Shown in pieces: positions 1 to 9,638 of a stretch of 54,536 nt of DNA. The notes under the pieces are model-generated. The model worked only from the letters and a program-made list of their open reading frames with translations, made no database searches and was not told where the DNA came from. Location: contig CATLPS010000001.1 in the NCBI GenBank assembly GCA_950054535.1, positions 1-54,536 on the forward strand, written 5' to 3'. Position numbers and translations under genes: made by a program. Position 1 is the first letter of the stretch, and every line of letters begins with the position of its first letter. The stretch comes from an uncultured Chlamydiae bacterium. GTDB lineage: Bacteria; Chlamydiota; Chlamydiia; Chlamydiales; Parachlamydiaceae.

Positions 1-256
1 TGGGTAGCCTCTGCGTTCCTTAGTAAGAAGCAGCCTACTCCATGCTTTTTTTATTTACATGCTATTTCAATTTTGACATGAAGGCTATTGTGCAACAAGG
101 CCCAGATGAGAGCTCTTGTATAAAAAATCTAATAATTGTTAACTAAACTCTAAATATTTTGCTTATTTTTTTAATAAAAATAAATAAGAAACTTTTATCA
201 TATCTTAATATAATTCTGTTAATTTATTTTTTTTAAAAAAAACTAATAGTTTTAAA

Positions 257-580
257 ATGAGTAACTTTTTTTTCTCTCTTCCTAGCTTTTTTCCTTTTAA
301 TGCATGTAACAAAGAGGATAACTCTTCTTTATTCACACTTGCAAAAATCGCTAAACTTTCTAAAAAAATTGATAGTTATCTTTGCTGTTTCTTTTATAGT
401 ACAGCTGCTATCAGTCTTTTTTTTCCGGCATTTACAGCTGTTGCAGTAATTTCAGGAGTAGCTCTTATTGTTTTAACAGTTGCTTGTGAAATTTTTGAAC
501 AACGAAAAAAAAATTATTATCATTTAAATAGTTTCCATTCATTTTCTTATTCTGTATCTACATACTATAAAAGTTTTTAA
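257..580 (+). CDS. hypothetical small membrane protein (Inc-like bilobed hydrophobic segment)
   Basis: 107-aa track ORF. It has a ~40-aa hydrophobic block, YLCCFFYSTAAISLFFPAFTAVAVISGVALIVLTVACEIF, with a central Pro. No family recognised, no clear RBS, very AT-rich context. Confidence 0.3.
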   Translation: MSNFFFSLPSFFPFNACNKEDNSSLFTLAKIAKLSKKIDSYLCCFFYSTAAISLFFPAFTAVAVISGVALIVLTVACEIFEQRKKNYYHLNSFHSFSYSVSTYYKSF

Positions 581-1049
581 TAAAACTAAAACTTTATTGT
601 TAATTATTTTTTTATTAATCCATTTTGCAATCTCCCAAGAGCTTTTGTGCTCTTTTTTATGTCAGCTGAAGTTCCCTCAAAGTTAATCGCATTCATAATT
701 AAAATAACTAGGAATGATTTTGTCTAAGAAGCAAAGCTTATAGATTTTTAGAGGCGAAATTTTGAAAGAAGAAAGTGAGACAATAATCGTACCAATAGTT
801 GGATTTGTAAATGACGAAAAAGAAAAACATTAGAAAATGTGGTTAGTTTACCATGAAAATTCATTATACTACTTAGTAATATCTAAGGACTAAACAGTGC
901 TTATGCAAAAAGTATACATCGCAACATGTTCTACCAAAAAAATCAATAAAAAATTAAAAAAATAAAAATCAATTTTTTAAAACAGTAGTTTAAAATTAAT
1001 TAAAAATAATTTATTGTCTACTCTTGTATTTTTCAATAAGAATTCAACT

Positions 1050-1259
1050 ATGAAAATTTTTTTAATTGCTTTAATTAAATTATATCAATGGACAATTAGC
1101 CCTTTGATAGGCCACTCTTGTCTTTTTAAGCCTACTTGCTCTTGCTATATGATCATAGCGCTTCAAAAGTATGGTTTAATTAAAGGTTTTTGGATTGGAC
1201 TTAAACGCATTTTTAGATGTCGACCTGGCAATGAAGGTGGGGAGGATCCAGTCCCTTAA
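1050..1259 (+). CDS. yidD: membrane protein insertion efficiency factor YidD
   Basis: Track ORF 1014..1259 begins at TTG. The internal ATG at 1050 (MKIFLIAL...) fits YidD size. The conserved core is present: LYQWTISPL...[10 protein letters not shown]...[20 protein letters not shown]. Confidence 0.85.
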   Translation: MKIFLIALIKLYQWTISPLIGHSCLFKPTCSCYMIIALQKYGLIKGFWIGLKRIFRCRPGNEGGEDPVP

Positions 1260-1754
1260 AACATTATTAATAGATTTAGAGTGATTGAAATTTTATTTTT
1301 ATAATTATTTTTTTTAGTTTGCAGAATATAATTTGTTCACTTGAAAAGATTTAAAATATATTGTAAATAGTAGAAGTCATTTAGAAGTGCATAAAGTTTT
1401 TGATGTTAATCTATGAATGTCTGCAAATTAACCTTTTAAGTAACTTTCTTCATTTTAAGTGGAAGAGAATAGGAGCAAAAGACTCCAAGATTTAATGATC
1501 AATGGGTTATTATCAAATTATTGCCATTACCACCATTCAAAAGAATAGGTAGGCCGAATTTTACATGGATGCAGAGAAAGTAGCGTAGATGATTCGTTTG
1601 TTGGAAGAGATATGATGTTTACTGAAGCAATTTTTTAGAGGTGTCGATCACCATGATCTGCTTAGATAAACGATTTGCAGATAGGTTCATTTTTTAGAAC
1701 TTTAAAAAGTGAACGATAACAACCAAATTGAAAAAAAATATTGTTAATTTAATT

Positions 1755-1803
1755 CAAAAAATAATAGTTAAGACAGTAAGATTTAAATATCTTGCTGTCT
1801 TAA
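1755..1803 (-). terminator. rho-independent terminator after rpsD (hairpin also usable on + strand)
   Basis: 15-bp stem ttaagacagtaagat / atcttgctgtcttaa (one G-U) at 1768..1803, about 15 nt past the rpsD stop. On the minus strand it is followed by CUAUUAUUUUUU (complement of the A-run at 1756..1761). Confidence 0.6.
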
Positions 1804-1817
1804 TTTAGATAGTTTTG

Positions 1818-2435
1818 TTAAGTTGAGTGCGCTAAGAAATCACAAACAATAGGCATGCTAATTTCAATCGGCCACGGCATTTGCTCTTGAGAGGGAGAGG
1901 CTAACAACTGACCAGAAAACTGATCCTGATTAAGTGAAAGATAATCGGGGACAGACCGAGAAGAGTTGATAGATTCGCCGATGATTTTCATCGTTCTTGA
2001 TTTTTCTTTAACTGAAATCACCATTCCAGGTTTTACTTGAAAAGAGCGACGGTCTACTTTTTTACCATTTACTAAAATATGGCCATGCGAAACAAGTTGG
2101 TGAGCGCCAAAAATCGTAGGTGCTAATTTCAAACGATAAACAATATTATCTAAACGGCACTCTAACATTTGTGTGAAAAAATCAGCTGTGTTTCCCACCA
2201 TTTGAACAGCCTTTTTGTAATAAGCAACTAACTGTTTTTCACTTAGCATTCCATAAATTGCTTTAAGCTTTTGCTTTTCTTCGAGTTGTAGCCCATAGTC
2301 AGATTTTTTTCTTCTACGAGCACCATGCACACCTGGGGGATTTGGTTTATGCAATAAGGGATTACGCACGCGTCCAAATATATTAACGCCATACCGGCGA
2401 GCAATGCGATTTTTATTACCTGTATAACGAGCCAT
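1818..2435 (-). CDS. rpsD: 30S ribosomal protein S4
   Basis: 205-aa ORF with the typical S4 N-terminus [16 protein letters not shown]. The S4 RNA-binding domain is present ([35 protein letters not shown]). Confidence 0.95.
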   Translation of the reverse strand: MARYTGNKNRIARRYGVNIFGRVRNPLLHKPNPPGVHGARRRKKSDYGLQLEEKQKLKAIYGMLSEKQLVAYYKKAVQMVGNTADFFTQMLECRLDNIVYRLKLAPTIFGAHQLVSHGHILVNGKKVDRRSFQVKPGMVISVKEKSRTMKIIGESINSSRSVPDYLSLNQDQFSGQLLASPSQEQMPWPIEISMPIVCDFLAHST

Positions 2436-2661
2436 TTGTTCTCCTAAAGATTTCTTATTGACGACCTTTTAAATTAGTCGCAAATGCGAAGTATGTCAAA
2501 AAGACTATTTTTTTTCAAGGCAATAGATAAAAGGATAAAAAAGATTTAAAAATCAAGGTGTTCGTTAAGTGCCTTGCGCCTGAAATAAAAACTTTTCTAT
2601 ATTTTTATTAAAGACTTTGATTAGATAAAGTTAAATTTTTAACTTATAGCTAGGCTAAAGT

Positions 2662-3924
2662 ATGGAAGAGCCACAAAATGAAAGAAAAAATTCTTTTAAT
2701 TTTGAAATAGCATTGAAGCAATTTTCACTTGAGTCTGAGCGTCTGGATTGGATTTATCAAAGCTTAGAAAAACGCTTTGATTCCATTCAAAAAAGCTTAA
2801 ATGAATCACAATTGCATCTATCTGCTAGATTAGCTGAGCTTAATTTTATTAACATTTATTTTAAAAAAATTTTAGATCATATTTCGCAAGGAATTTTGTT
2901 TATTAATAGCCAAGGAATTGTAACAACTTACAGCCGGGCTGCTCAAAATATCTTAGGTGTAGAAGAAAAAAAATTATTATTTCACCCTTTCCATCCTCTG
3001 TTTTCAGATGATTTTTTTGGGTTTTCTCTAACAAATGCTCTGCAAACGCAAATTTCTCCTAAAATGAGCCATATTAAATGGCAAAAATCTCTAGAGGAGG
3101 AGCTTCAATTAGAAATTGAAACCACTTTTGTTTTTGATGTTACTCCTTTTGCTATTGACTCTTTTTGCGTGAAACAGTCTTTTTCTCATGGGCTATTGAT
3201 TATCATTCGTGATGTTACAGAGATGCGCCGTTTACAATTAGTTGTCAATCGCCATGATGTATTAAAGGAGTTAGGAGAGATGGCAGCACACCTGGCACAT
3301 GAAATTAGAAATCCCTTAGGTGGAATCAAAGGATTTGCTTCTCTTTTATATCAAGACCTTCAAAATCAACCAAATTTGCAGCCTTTGGCAGCACAGATTT
3401 TACAAGGAACTGATAGCCTTAATCATTTAGTAACGACTATCTTAAACTATACCCGCATCCCAGAACTTTCTTTAGAAGAAACAGAGCTTATAGGCTTTTT
3501 TCAAGCGTTAAAACAATGGATAGAAGCAGATCCCGCTTGGAATCAACAAATCAATTTTACCGTTCATTGTGAGGAAAATCAGTTGATTGCCTCCATAGAC
3601 CGCTCGCTTTTTAAATCAGCCATGCTCAACTTAATAATAAATGCCTCACAAGCTATTTCTGAAAAAGGATCCATTTATATAGAGATAAAAAAACAGGAAA
3701 GTAATGCATTGATTGCTATTTCTGATACTGGGTGTGGAATTAACCCTGCTAACTTAAGTAAAATTTTTTCCCCCTTTTTTACTACCAAAGCTCGTGGTAC
3801 AGGTCTTGGACTGGCAGAAGTGCATAAAGTGATTCAAACACATGCGGGTGAAATTACAGTGAACTCTAAACTGGGCGAGGGTAGCTGCTTTAGAGTAAAA
3901 ATTCCTTTAAAAATAAAAGAATAA
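2662..3924 (+). CDS. atoS: cytoplasmic PAS sensor histidine kinase (AtoS/CtcB-like)
   Basis: 420 aa with no TM segment. PAS-like ILFINSQGIVTTYSRAAQNILGV, H-box MAAHLAHEIRNPLGGI, N-box NLIINASQA, G-boxes DTGCGI and GTGLGLA. It ends 14 nt before the response regulator. Confidence 0.85.
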   Translation: MEEPQNERKNSFNFEIALKQFSLESERLDWIYQSLEKRFDSIQKSLNESQLHLSARLAELNFINIYFKKILDHISQGILFINSQGIVTTYSRAAQNILGVEEKKLLFHPFHPLFSDDFFGFSLTNALQTQISPKMSHIKWQKSLEEELQLEIETTFVFDVTPFAIDSFCVKQSFSHGLLIIIRDVTEMRRLQLVVNRHDVLKELGEMAAHLAHEIRNPLGGIKGFASLLYQDLQNQPNLQPLAAQILQGTDSLNHLVTTILNYTRIPELSLEETELIGFFQALKQWIEADPAWNQQINFTVHCEENQLIASIDRSLFKSAMLNLIINASQAISEKGSIYIEIKKQESNALIAISDTGCGINPANLSKIFSPFFTTKARGTGLGLAEVHKVIQTHAGEITVNSKLGEGSCFRVKIPLKIKE

Positions 3925-3938
3925 GGTAAATTTAAACA

Positions 3939-5261
3939 ATGTCAATTGAAAAAATTTTAATTGTAGATGATGAATTGTTGATGCGCAACTTTTTGGTAGA
4001 AGCACTTAAGAGAAAAAAAATAGAAGTGATGGCAGTAGAAACAGGAGAAAAAGCACTTAAGCTTTTAAAAGAACAAAGCTTTGATATGGTAATTACTGAT
4101 TTGAAAATGCCAGGTATGACAGGCATAGAAGTGCTAAAAAAAATAAAAGAATTTTCAGCTAACACGTTAGTAATGATCATGACCGCTTTTGGATCAATAG
4201 AAAATGCTGTAGAAGCAATGAAAGCAGGAGCTTTTCACTACCTTATTAAACCTTTTTCCATAGAAAGCTTAATGGCTAACATTGAAAAAGCAAATCAGCA
4301 CTCTGCTTTGCTGCAAGAAAATTACTATTTGCGGCAACAAACAGCAACCGCTGCTGTAAAAGAAGACATTATTGCAGAAAGTAGTTGCATGAAAGAAATT
4401 TTACAAAATATTGACCAAATTGCCAAAAGCCAAGCGAGTGTGTTGATTCATGGAGAAACCGGTACAGGCAAAGAGGTGATTGCTCAGCTTATTCATCATC
4501 GATCTTTAAGAGCAGATCAGCCCTTTATCAAGGTTAATTGCGCTGCTTTGCCAGAAACGTTAATTGAATCAGAGCTTTTTGGTCATGAAAAAGGTGCCTT
4601 TACAGGAGCTTTAAATAAAAGGCTAGGTCGTTTTGAACTTGCTAATAAGGGTTCTTTATTGTTAGACGAGATCACAGAAATTCCTCATAACTTACAAGCA
4701 AAACTACTGAGAGTGATCCAGGAACAAGAATTTGAAAGAGTTGGAGGAAGTAAACCTGTCCAAGTAGACGTGAGACTTATTTCTACTACTAATAGAGACT
4801 TAAAAGAAGCAATTGCCGATAAGGTTTTTCGCGAAGATCTTTATTATCGTTTAAATGTCGTTCCAATTTATTTAAAGCCGCTTCGCGAAAGAAAAGAAGA
4901 TATTATTCCTCTTGCTAATTATTTTATTGATAGAATGTGCCGTGAAAGCCACCAAAAAAAAAGAGTACTTAGTTTAGCAGCTCAAGATAAACTCTTAAGT
5001 TACTGCTGGCCTGGAAACGTACGAGAATTAGCTAATGTAGTGGAAAGAGCGATTGTGATGGATAAAAAAGAACAAATCGAAGCAAATCACCTCTATCTAG
5101 AAGAACTTTTTTCTTTAAAAGGAAAAACTTTAAAAGAATTAGAAAAACAGCTGATTGTAGAGACCCTGCAAAATCATCCAGTAGAAGCAAAAGCTGCGGA
5201 AACTTTAGGAATTAGTCTCAAAGACTTAAGAGATAAGTTACAACAGTATCAGATCGTTTAA
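3939..5261 (+). CDS. atoC: sigma-54-dependent response regulator / enhancer-binding protein (NtrC family; AtoC/CtcC-like)
   Basis: REC domain (ILIVDDE...VITDLKMPGMTG). AAA+ core with Walker A GETGTGKE, GAFTGA loop (GHEKGAFTGA) and Walker B LLLDEI. C-terminal Fis-type HTH (AAETLGISLKDLRDKLQQY). Confidence 0.92.
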   Translation: MSIEKILIVDDELLMRNFLVEALKRKKIEVMAVETGEKALKLLKEQSFDMVITDLKMPGMTGIEVLKKIKEFSANTLVMIMTAFGSIENAVEAMKAGAFHYLIKPFSIESLMANIEKANQHSALLQENYYLRQQTATAAVKEDIIAESSCMKEILQNIDQIAKSQASVLIHGETGTGKEVIAQLIHHRSLRADQPFIKVNCAALPETLIESELFGHEKGAFTGALNKRLGRFELANKGSLLLDEITEIPHNLQAKLLRVIQEQEFERVGGSKPVQVDVRLISTTNRDLKEAIADKVFREDLYYRLNVVPIYLKPLRERKEDIIPLANYFIDRMCRESHQKKRVLSLAAQDKLLSYCWPGNVRELANVVERAIVMDKKEQIEANHLYLEELFSLKGKTLKELEKQLIVETLQNHPVEAKAAETLGISLKDLRDKLQQYQIV

Positions 5262-5278
5262 AATACTGCTTAAAATAG

Positions 5279-6733
5279 TTAAAAATCACTAGGTTTGATT
5301 TTTTTTTGAGCGAGGGATTTTGCCATGTTATGAAAAATAATTAAGTGAAAGGGAATAAGGCAATACCAATAAAACCTTCCGAAGACTCCTTTGGGCCTAA
5401 ATGTGGCAGTTTGTATGAGTTCCATCTTACTTTCATTAATTTCAAACTCCAGCCATGCTTCCCCAGGCAGCTTCATTTCTGCAAATAAAATAAGGTGAGT
5501 GCGGGTTTCATTTGCTAATAATACTCTCCAAAAATCAATAGAGTCGCCTGCTGATAGCTCATAAGGGTGTCTCCTTCCTCGATTCATTCCTGTGCCTCCC
5601 ATGATTTTGTCAATAAGGCCTCTTAAACTCCAGGCCCAATTCATAGAGTACCACCCCTTACTTCCTCCTATAGACCAAATGCGATCTTTCACTTCATCAA
5701 TAGGGAGAGTAATTTTGATTTTTCTTTGATCTTTTAAACAGCCTTCTTTGGGAACTTCAATAATATCGTGAATATCAGCGTTAACTTTTTCTAATTCCCA
5801 AGAATCCATCCAAGTAGAAACAACTTCATTTTGATGGATTTTTAAAAAGGCCATTTCTAAAGCTTCTTCATAAGTTAAGCATTGATGAGGCAGCTCAGAG
5901 TCAATTGCTCTATCAATTTTACGCGTGTTTTGACGCATGCTTTCTACTAAATACTTGCAAATTGAAAAACGAACAGAAGAGATTAGTACAAGCCAGTAGC
6001 TGGATAATCTTGGAGTAAGAACCGGCACATCAATAATATAGCGTTTTAATTTTCTAAATTTGGCATACCGCATTAAAACTTCTTTAAAGGTGATGGCCTG
6101 CGGGCCGCCGATATCATAAGTATGATGATAGCAGTTTGCATTTAGCAAAACAGCACAAAGATAAAAAAGAACATCACTAATAGAGATAGGTTGGCAAAAA
6201 TTTTTTACCCATTTAGGAGCGATCATTAAAGGAAGGATCTCTACTAAATCACGAATAATTTCAAAAGAGGCGCTTCCTGCTCCAATAATAATGCTCGATC
6301 TTAAAATTGTGCATGGAATAGAGCTGTTCTTTAAAATTTTTTCTACAGATAGCCTTGAGTGTAGGTGAGGAGAGAGTGTCTCTTCATCTTCAATAATTCC
6401 ACTAAGAAAAATAATTTGTTTGCAGTTTGTTTTTTCAATTAACGTAATGAAGTTACTAGCAAGCGATTCTTCTTCTTCTTTTAGATTAGCAACTAATCCT
6501 CCCATGGAGTGCAGTAGATAATAGGCAGCTTCAATTTCTTTTGGAAAAGGCTCGACATGGTCAATGTCTCGCAGATCACCATGTAGAGTATAGATATTAG
6601 AACCGGTAGGAAAAGCAAGATCAAGTCCTTTGAAGCGGGTTAAAGCATACACTTCATGATTTTGATCAAGGAGTTGATAGACTAAACGTTTTCCAACAAA
6701 ACCTGTTGAGCCTGTAACCAGTACTTTTCCCAT
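5279..6733 (-). CDS. NAD(P)-binding SDR/epimerase-family protein with extended C-terminal domain (DUF2867-like, from memory)
   Basis: Track ORF 5279..6787. The ATG at 6733 is preceded by AAGGA and gives MGKVLVTGSTGFVGKRL (Rossmann GxxGxxG). The C-terminal domain assignment is unverified. Confidence 0.7.
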   Translation of the reverse strand: MGKVLVTGSTGFVGKRLVYQLLDQNHEVYALTRFKGLDLAFPTGSNIYTLHGDLRDIDHVEPFPKEIEAAYYLLHSMGGLVANLKEEEESLASNFITLIEKTNCKQIIFLSGIIEDEETLSPHLHSRLSVEKILKNSSIPCTILRSSIIIGAGSASFEIIRDLVEILPLMIAPKWVKNFCQPISISDVLFYLCAVLLNANCYHHTYDIGGPQAITFKEVLMRYAKFRKLKRYIIDVPVLTPRLSSYWLVLISSVRFSICKYLVESMRQNTRKIDRAIDSELPHQCLTYEEALEMAFLKIHQNEVVSTWMDSWELEKVNADIHDIIEVPKEGCLKDQRKIKITLPIDEVKDRIWSIGGSKGWYSMNWAWSLRGLIDKIMGGTGMNRGRRHPYELSAGDSIDFWRVLLANETRTHLILFAEMKLPGEAWLEFEINESKMELIQTATFRPKGVFGRFYWYCLIPFHLIIFHNMAKSLAQKKIKPSDF

Positions 6734-6761
6734 TTTACTATCCTTAAGAGTCGTTGTTTTA

Positions 6762-7193
6762 TTATAAAGGAATCCAGTCTTTGTCACTTCTGAAGGATTT
6801 CAATCCTTTTTTTCTCTGTTTAAGGCTATTATTTTCTTTATTTTTTAAAGTTGCTTTTTTTTTATTTTTTCGCAGCGCTTCAAGGGTCATTTTAAAAAGG
6901 CGCATATCTCGTTTAATTTTAACCACTCGCTCTATTGCGCGTTTGTCTCTAGTAGACATATTGACAGACTGATTTTCACTCAGTTTTAATAAAGAGAGTT
7001 CTGCTTTTTCTTCTGATAAAACTTTTTTATCCAGTAATGTTTGTTCCAATTTTTGATATTTCTCTTGTAAAAGTTGCAGGTCGTGTTTAATTTCTTCTGG
7101 TACTTTAGAAGAGATTTTACTTTGTTCTTGAATCAGTTCCATTAGCTTAGTTAATTGATTTAAGATAGGTACAAAAGGGTTTTGGCTTTCCAT
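6762..7193 (-). CDS. hypothetical coiled-coil protein with very basic C-terminus
   Basis: 143-aa ORF with heptad-like Q/E/K/L-rich sequence and the tail RKNKKKATLKNKENNSLKQRKKGLKSF. Same strand and tightly spaced with its neighbours. No family recognised. Confidence 0.5.
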   Translation of the reverse strand: MESQNPFVPILNQLTKLMELIQEQSKISSKVPEEIKHDLQLLQEKYQKLEQTLLDKKVLSEEKAELSLLKLSENQSVNMSTRDKRAIERVVKIKRDMRLFKMTLEALRKNKKKATLKNKENNSLKQRKKGLKSFRSDKDWIPL

Positions 7194-7278
7194 GATCTCT
7201 CCTTATTAGCTACTTTTCATTCACTATACCATTCTAAAAAAGAGAGTTCAAAATATAATTACCTATTTTTTTTAAATT

Positions 7279-7743
7279 TTAATATAAATCTAATATTTTC
7301 GCTTTTTCTAAAAGCATTAAATAAGAAGGAAAACCTGATTTTAGATGAAATTTTTGATGGGAATCTAACCAGCCATATTGAAGAGACTGAGGAGAGGCTA
7401 AAGCTACAAAACAAGCTTTAAGAAAATAGTTATATCCAAGTACTTGGCGAATAGCTTTTTGATTCACTTGCGTCGCTTTGCATTCAATTAAAACTAAAGG
7501 AAAAAAAGGAGGGTTTTTGTAAAAATCTTTAGCTAAGATTAAGATGTCGAGCCGCCGACAAGGAGGGCGAATCAGAGGATCTTTATAAAAAGGTAAGCAG
7601 TTAATATTTTTTTCAATTAAAATCTGATGGCTAGGGTAACCAAGTTCAAGTATAAGATAATTAAGTAGCGACTGTCTGACCCTCTCTTCCGGAGAGGCTT
7701 TAATTCTACGTTTACGGATAGAACAAAAAAGAGAGTCAGACAC
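7279..7743 (-). CDS. stand-alone HsdR-N-terminal-like PD-(D/E)xK nuclease-fold protein
   Basis: 154 aa with a GTG start. RLDILILAKD...PLVLIECKA fits the D...(D/E)xK core. No hsdM/hsdS genes nearby. Confidence 0.55.
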   Translation of the reverse strand: MSDSLFCSIRKRRIKASPEERVRQSLLNYLILELGYPSHQILIEKNINCLPFYKDPLIRPPCRRLDILILAKDFYKNPPFFPLVLIECKATQVNQKAIRQVLGYNYFLKACFVALASPQSLQYGWLDSHQKFHLKSGFPSYLMLLEKAKILDLY

Positions 7744-7761
7744 TTAAAAAAAGATTTGAAA

Positions 7762-8361
7762 TTAATATTTAGGTTCAATCACGCCATAATTATTATCTTT
7801 TCGGCGATAAATTACATTAATTTTTCGATTTGAATCGTTGATAAAAATAAGAAAAGCATCTTGTGATAATTCCATTTTCATTACCGCTTCATCGTAAGTG
7901 AGAGTTTTTAACGGTAGGGTTTTTTGTTTTAAAATAGAATGAGGCCTAAATCCTTCTGCATCTTCTTCCTCTTCCTCACTTTCAAATTTTAGTACATTTA
8001 CGTTCATATCGATAGGTAGAGGATGCTTCACATGATGATCTTGAATTTTGCTTTTATAGCGACGAAGCTGCGCTTCTAATTTATGAACGGCTTTATCAAT
8101 AGAGGCGTACATATCTGTAGAAGTTGCGTTGCTCGTGATTTTCATTCCGCCAAACTTCAAAACAATATAGACATGATGGTCTAGTTTTTGAGCTTCCATT
8201 ACAACGTTTAAATCGATAATCTTATCGATAAACTTTTCTATTTTAGATAGTTTTTCTAAGACATACTCTTTCATAGGTTCGGTAACATCAATATGACGGC
8301 CTGTAATGCGGATCTCCCAAGTTTGGTTGGTAAACTCTAAAGATTTTTCTTTATGATTCAT
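7762..8361 (-). CDS. hpf: ribosome hibernation promoting factor, long form
   Basis: N-terminal YfiA/S30AE region ITGRHIDVTEPMKEYVLEKLSKIEKF. C-terminal dimerisation domain LTYDEAVMKMELSQDAFLIFIN...VIYRRKDNNYGVIE. Acidic linker EEEEEDAEG. Confidence 0.9.
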   Translation of the reverse strand: MNHKEKSLEFTNQTWEIRITGRHIDVTEPMKEYVLEKLSKIEKFIDKIIDLNVVMEAQKLDHHVYIVLKFGGMKITSNATSTDMYASIDKAVHKLEAQLRRYKSKIQDHHVKHPLPIDMNVNVLKFESEEEEEDAEGFRPHSILKQKTLPLKTLTYDEAVMKMELSQDAFLIFINDSNRKINVIYRRKDNNYGVIEPKY

Positions 8362-8622
8362 AAGTTACCTCAAATAAATTATGGTTGTTTTCATTTCTAT
8401 CTAACGCCGGCTGCTTAATAAGCAAGCCATGTAAATCTTTTTTATCATTACAAAAGATTAGCAGTTAAACAAATGAATTGAAATGATAAACTGCTAACCT
8501 CATTGATTAAAACGTTTTTCAGTTTTTTTAAATTGAGATTAACAGATATCTTAAAAAATTTACAAAAAAGAAAAGAGATCGATGGGCTTTAAAAAAGATA
8601 TTTTTTTTAACCAAACAGAAAT

Positions 8623-8695
8623 TGCACCGAAGAGGGCTCGAACCTCTAACCACCCGGTTCGAAGCCGGGTACTCTATCCATTGAGCTATCGGTGC
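8623..8695 (-). tRNA. tRNA-Arg (anticodon TCG)
   Basis: The reverse complement folds as a cloverleaf: GCACCGA/TCGGTGC acceptor, anticodon arm CCCGG-CTTCGAA-CCGGG, T-arm AGAGG-TTCGAGC-CCTCT. CCA is not encoded. Confidence 0.9.
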
Positions 8696-8786
8696 ACGAA
8701 GCAACTCATCAAGTAAATGTTATTTTACTTTTGTAAGTTGTTAATATAATTGTTAGGAAGGTTATAAGTCAAATGAGATTTTGTAA

Positions 8787-9482
8787 ATGAGAAAACATCA
8801 AACAACAACTGGAATTATCTTAAATCTTTTTCCTTTGCGTAATGCTCATCAAATCATCACTCTTTTTACTTTAGATTTTGGGCTAATAAAAGTTGTTTGT
8901 TATGGTAGTCAAAGTTTAAAGTCTAAATGGCACAGCTTATGCAAAGCTTTAAGCGAAGTGGAAATTGTTTTTGTTGATAAGGGAACAGAGCTTTTTGACT
9001 GTTCTGACTTAAGTTTAGTAAATGCATATGAAAACTTAAGAGGTGACTTTAACTTTCTTAACATCGCTTGTGATATGCTATACTGCTTAAACTTGTCGCA
9101 ACTTTTAGAAAAACCTGCTCCTAAACTTTATGCACTATTAGTCTATTATTTAAGAAAAATTGATCAAATTAAAGATCCTTGGAGATTAAGTTTAAGTTTT
9201 CGCCTAAAATTGCTCTATCACGATGGTTTGCTTTGCGTTCCCTTTATTTGCCAACAATGTAGTCAATTAATTTATACAGAGGCCTATTTTTTTGATGGAG
9301 TAGCTAACTGCCAGCACCACCATCTTTTTCCTGATGCAATTTTTTTCGATGCAGAAGAACTATTAGCTATTTATTCGTTAGCTACTGTTAAAAGTTACGT
9401 AGATTTAGAAAAAATCTATCTTCCAGCTCAAATTAAAAACAAAATTTTTGCTCTTTTCAAAGACTGTTTAAATCATGGATAA
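8787..9482 (+). CDS. recO: DNA repair protein RecO
   Basis: 231 aa. OB-fold-like N-terminus TTGIILNLFPLRNAHQIITLFTLDFGLIKVV. Cys/His cluster CQQCS...CQHH typical of the RecO zinc motif. Confidence 0.75.
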   Translation: MRKHQTTTGIILNLFPLRNAHQIITLFTLDFGLIKVVCYGSQSLKSKWHSLCKALSEVEIVFVDKGTELFDCSDLSLVNAYENLRGDFNFLNIACDMLYCLNLSQLLEKPAPKLYALLVYYLRKIDQIKDPWRLSLSFRLKLLYHDGLLCVPFICQQCSQLIYTEAYFFDGVANCQHHHLFPDAIFFDAEELLAIYSLATVKSYVDLEKIYLPAQIKNKIFALFKDCLNHG

Positions 9483-9528
9483 TATCTGTTGCTAGTATCA
9501 AGCGAAGTTGGTATAACTATAGCATTAT

Positions 9529-9612
9529 GCGAAAGTGGCGGAATGGTATACGCGCTACCTTGAGGTGGTAGTGAGGGTTTTCCTCTTAGGGGTTCAAGTC
9601 CCCTCTTTCGCA
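9529..9612 (+). tRNA. tRNA-Leu (anticodon GAG)
   Basis: Acceptor GCGAAAG/CTTTCGC, anticodon arm CTACC-TTGAGGT-GGTAG, long variable arm (type II tRNA), T-arm AGGGG-TTCAAGT-CCCCT. Confidence 0.9.
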
Positions 9613-9638
9613 TCTTCTTACTTTACCTAAGGCGTTTT

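Noticed and set aside
1-58. Imperfect hairpin plus T7 run at the window edge, containing AGAAGCAGCC, which is reminiscent of the SRP (4.5S) RNA domain IV motif.
   Set aside because: Only a short motif resemblance. The stem is interrupted, there are 8 nt between stem and T-run, and the upstream part is outside the window. It may simply be the terminator of the preceding gene.
3932-4180. Antisense or alternate-frame ORFs nested inside confidently assigned genes. This one, plus 6754..6972, 11121..11318, 11987..12193, 14273..14467, 19707..19961, 20478..20759, 21646..21876 and 22216..22491. Also 24422..24622, 24793..25032, 27867..28064, 29367..29636, 31461..31709, 32097..32333, 33737..33937 and 36578..36916. 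Also 38470..38713, 39249..39759, 41077..41295, 41697..41879, 45451..45657, 46415..46606, 46748..47005 and 47106..47363. Also 47635..47835, 48457..48669, 51389..51736, 51910..52137 and 54187..54393.
   Set aside because: Each lies entirely within, or mostly overlaps, a longer ORF with clear homology-type motifs. Their products are low-complexity or shadow-frame-like, and none has a convincing RBS.
4815-4822. GCCGATAA (sigma-28 -10-like octamer); a second copy lies at 38663..38670.
   Set aside because: Both lie inside coding sequences (atoC, pheT), and neither has a TAAAGTTT-like -35 element at the right distance.
7182-7421. 79-aa + strand ORF spanning the gap between the coiled-coil gene and the HsdR-N-like gene.
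   Set aside because: It overlaps the 3' end of the minus-strand gene 7279..7743. It has AT-rich low-complexity translation, no RBS and no motif.
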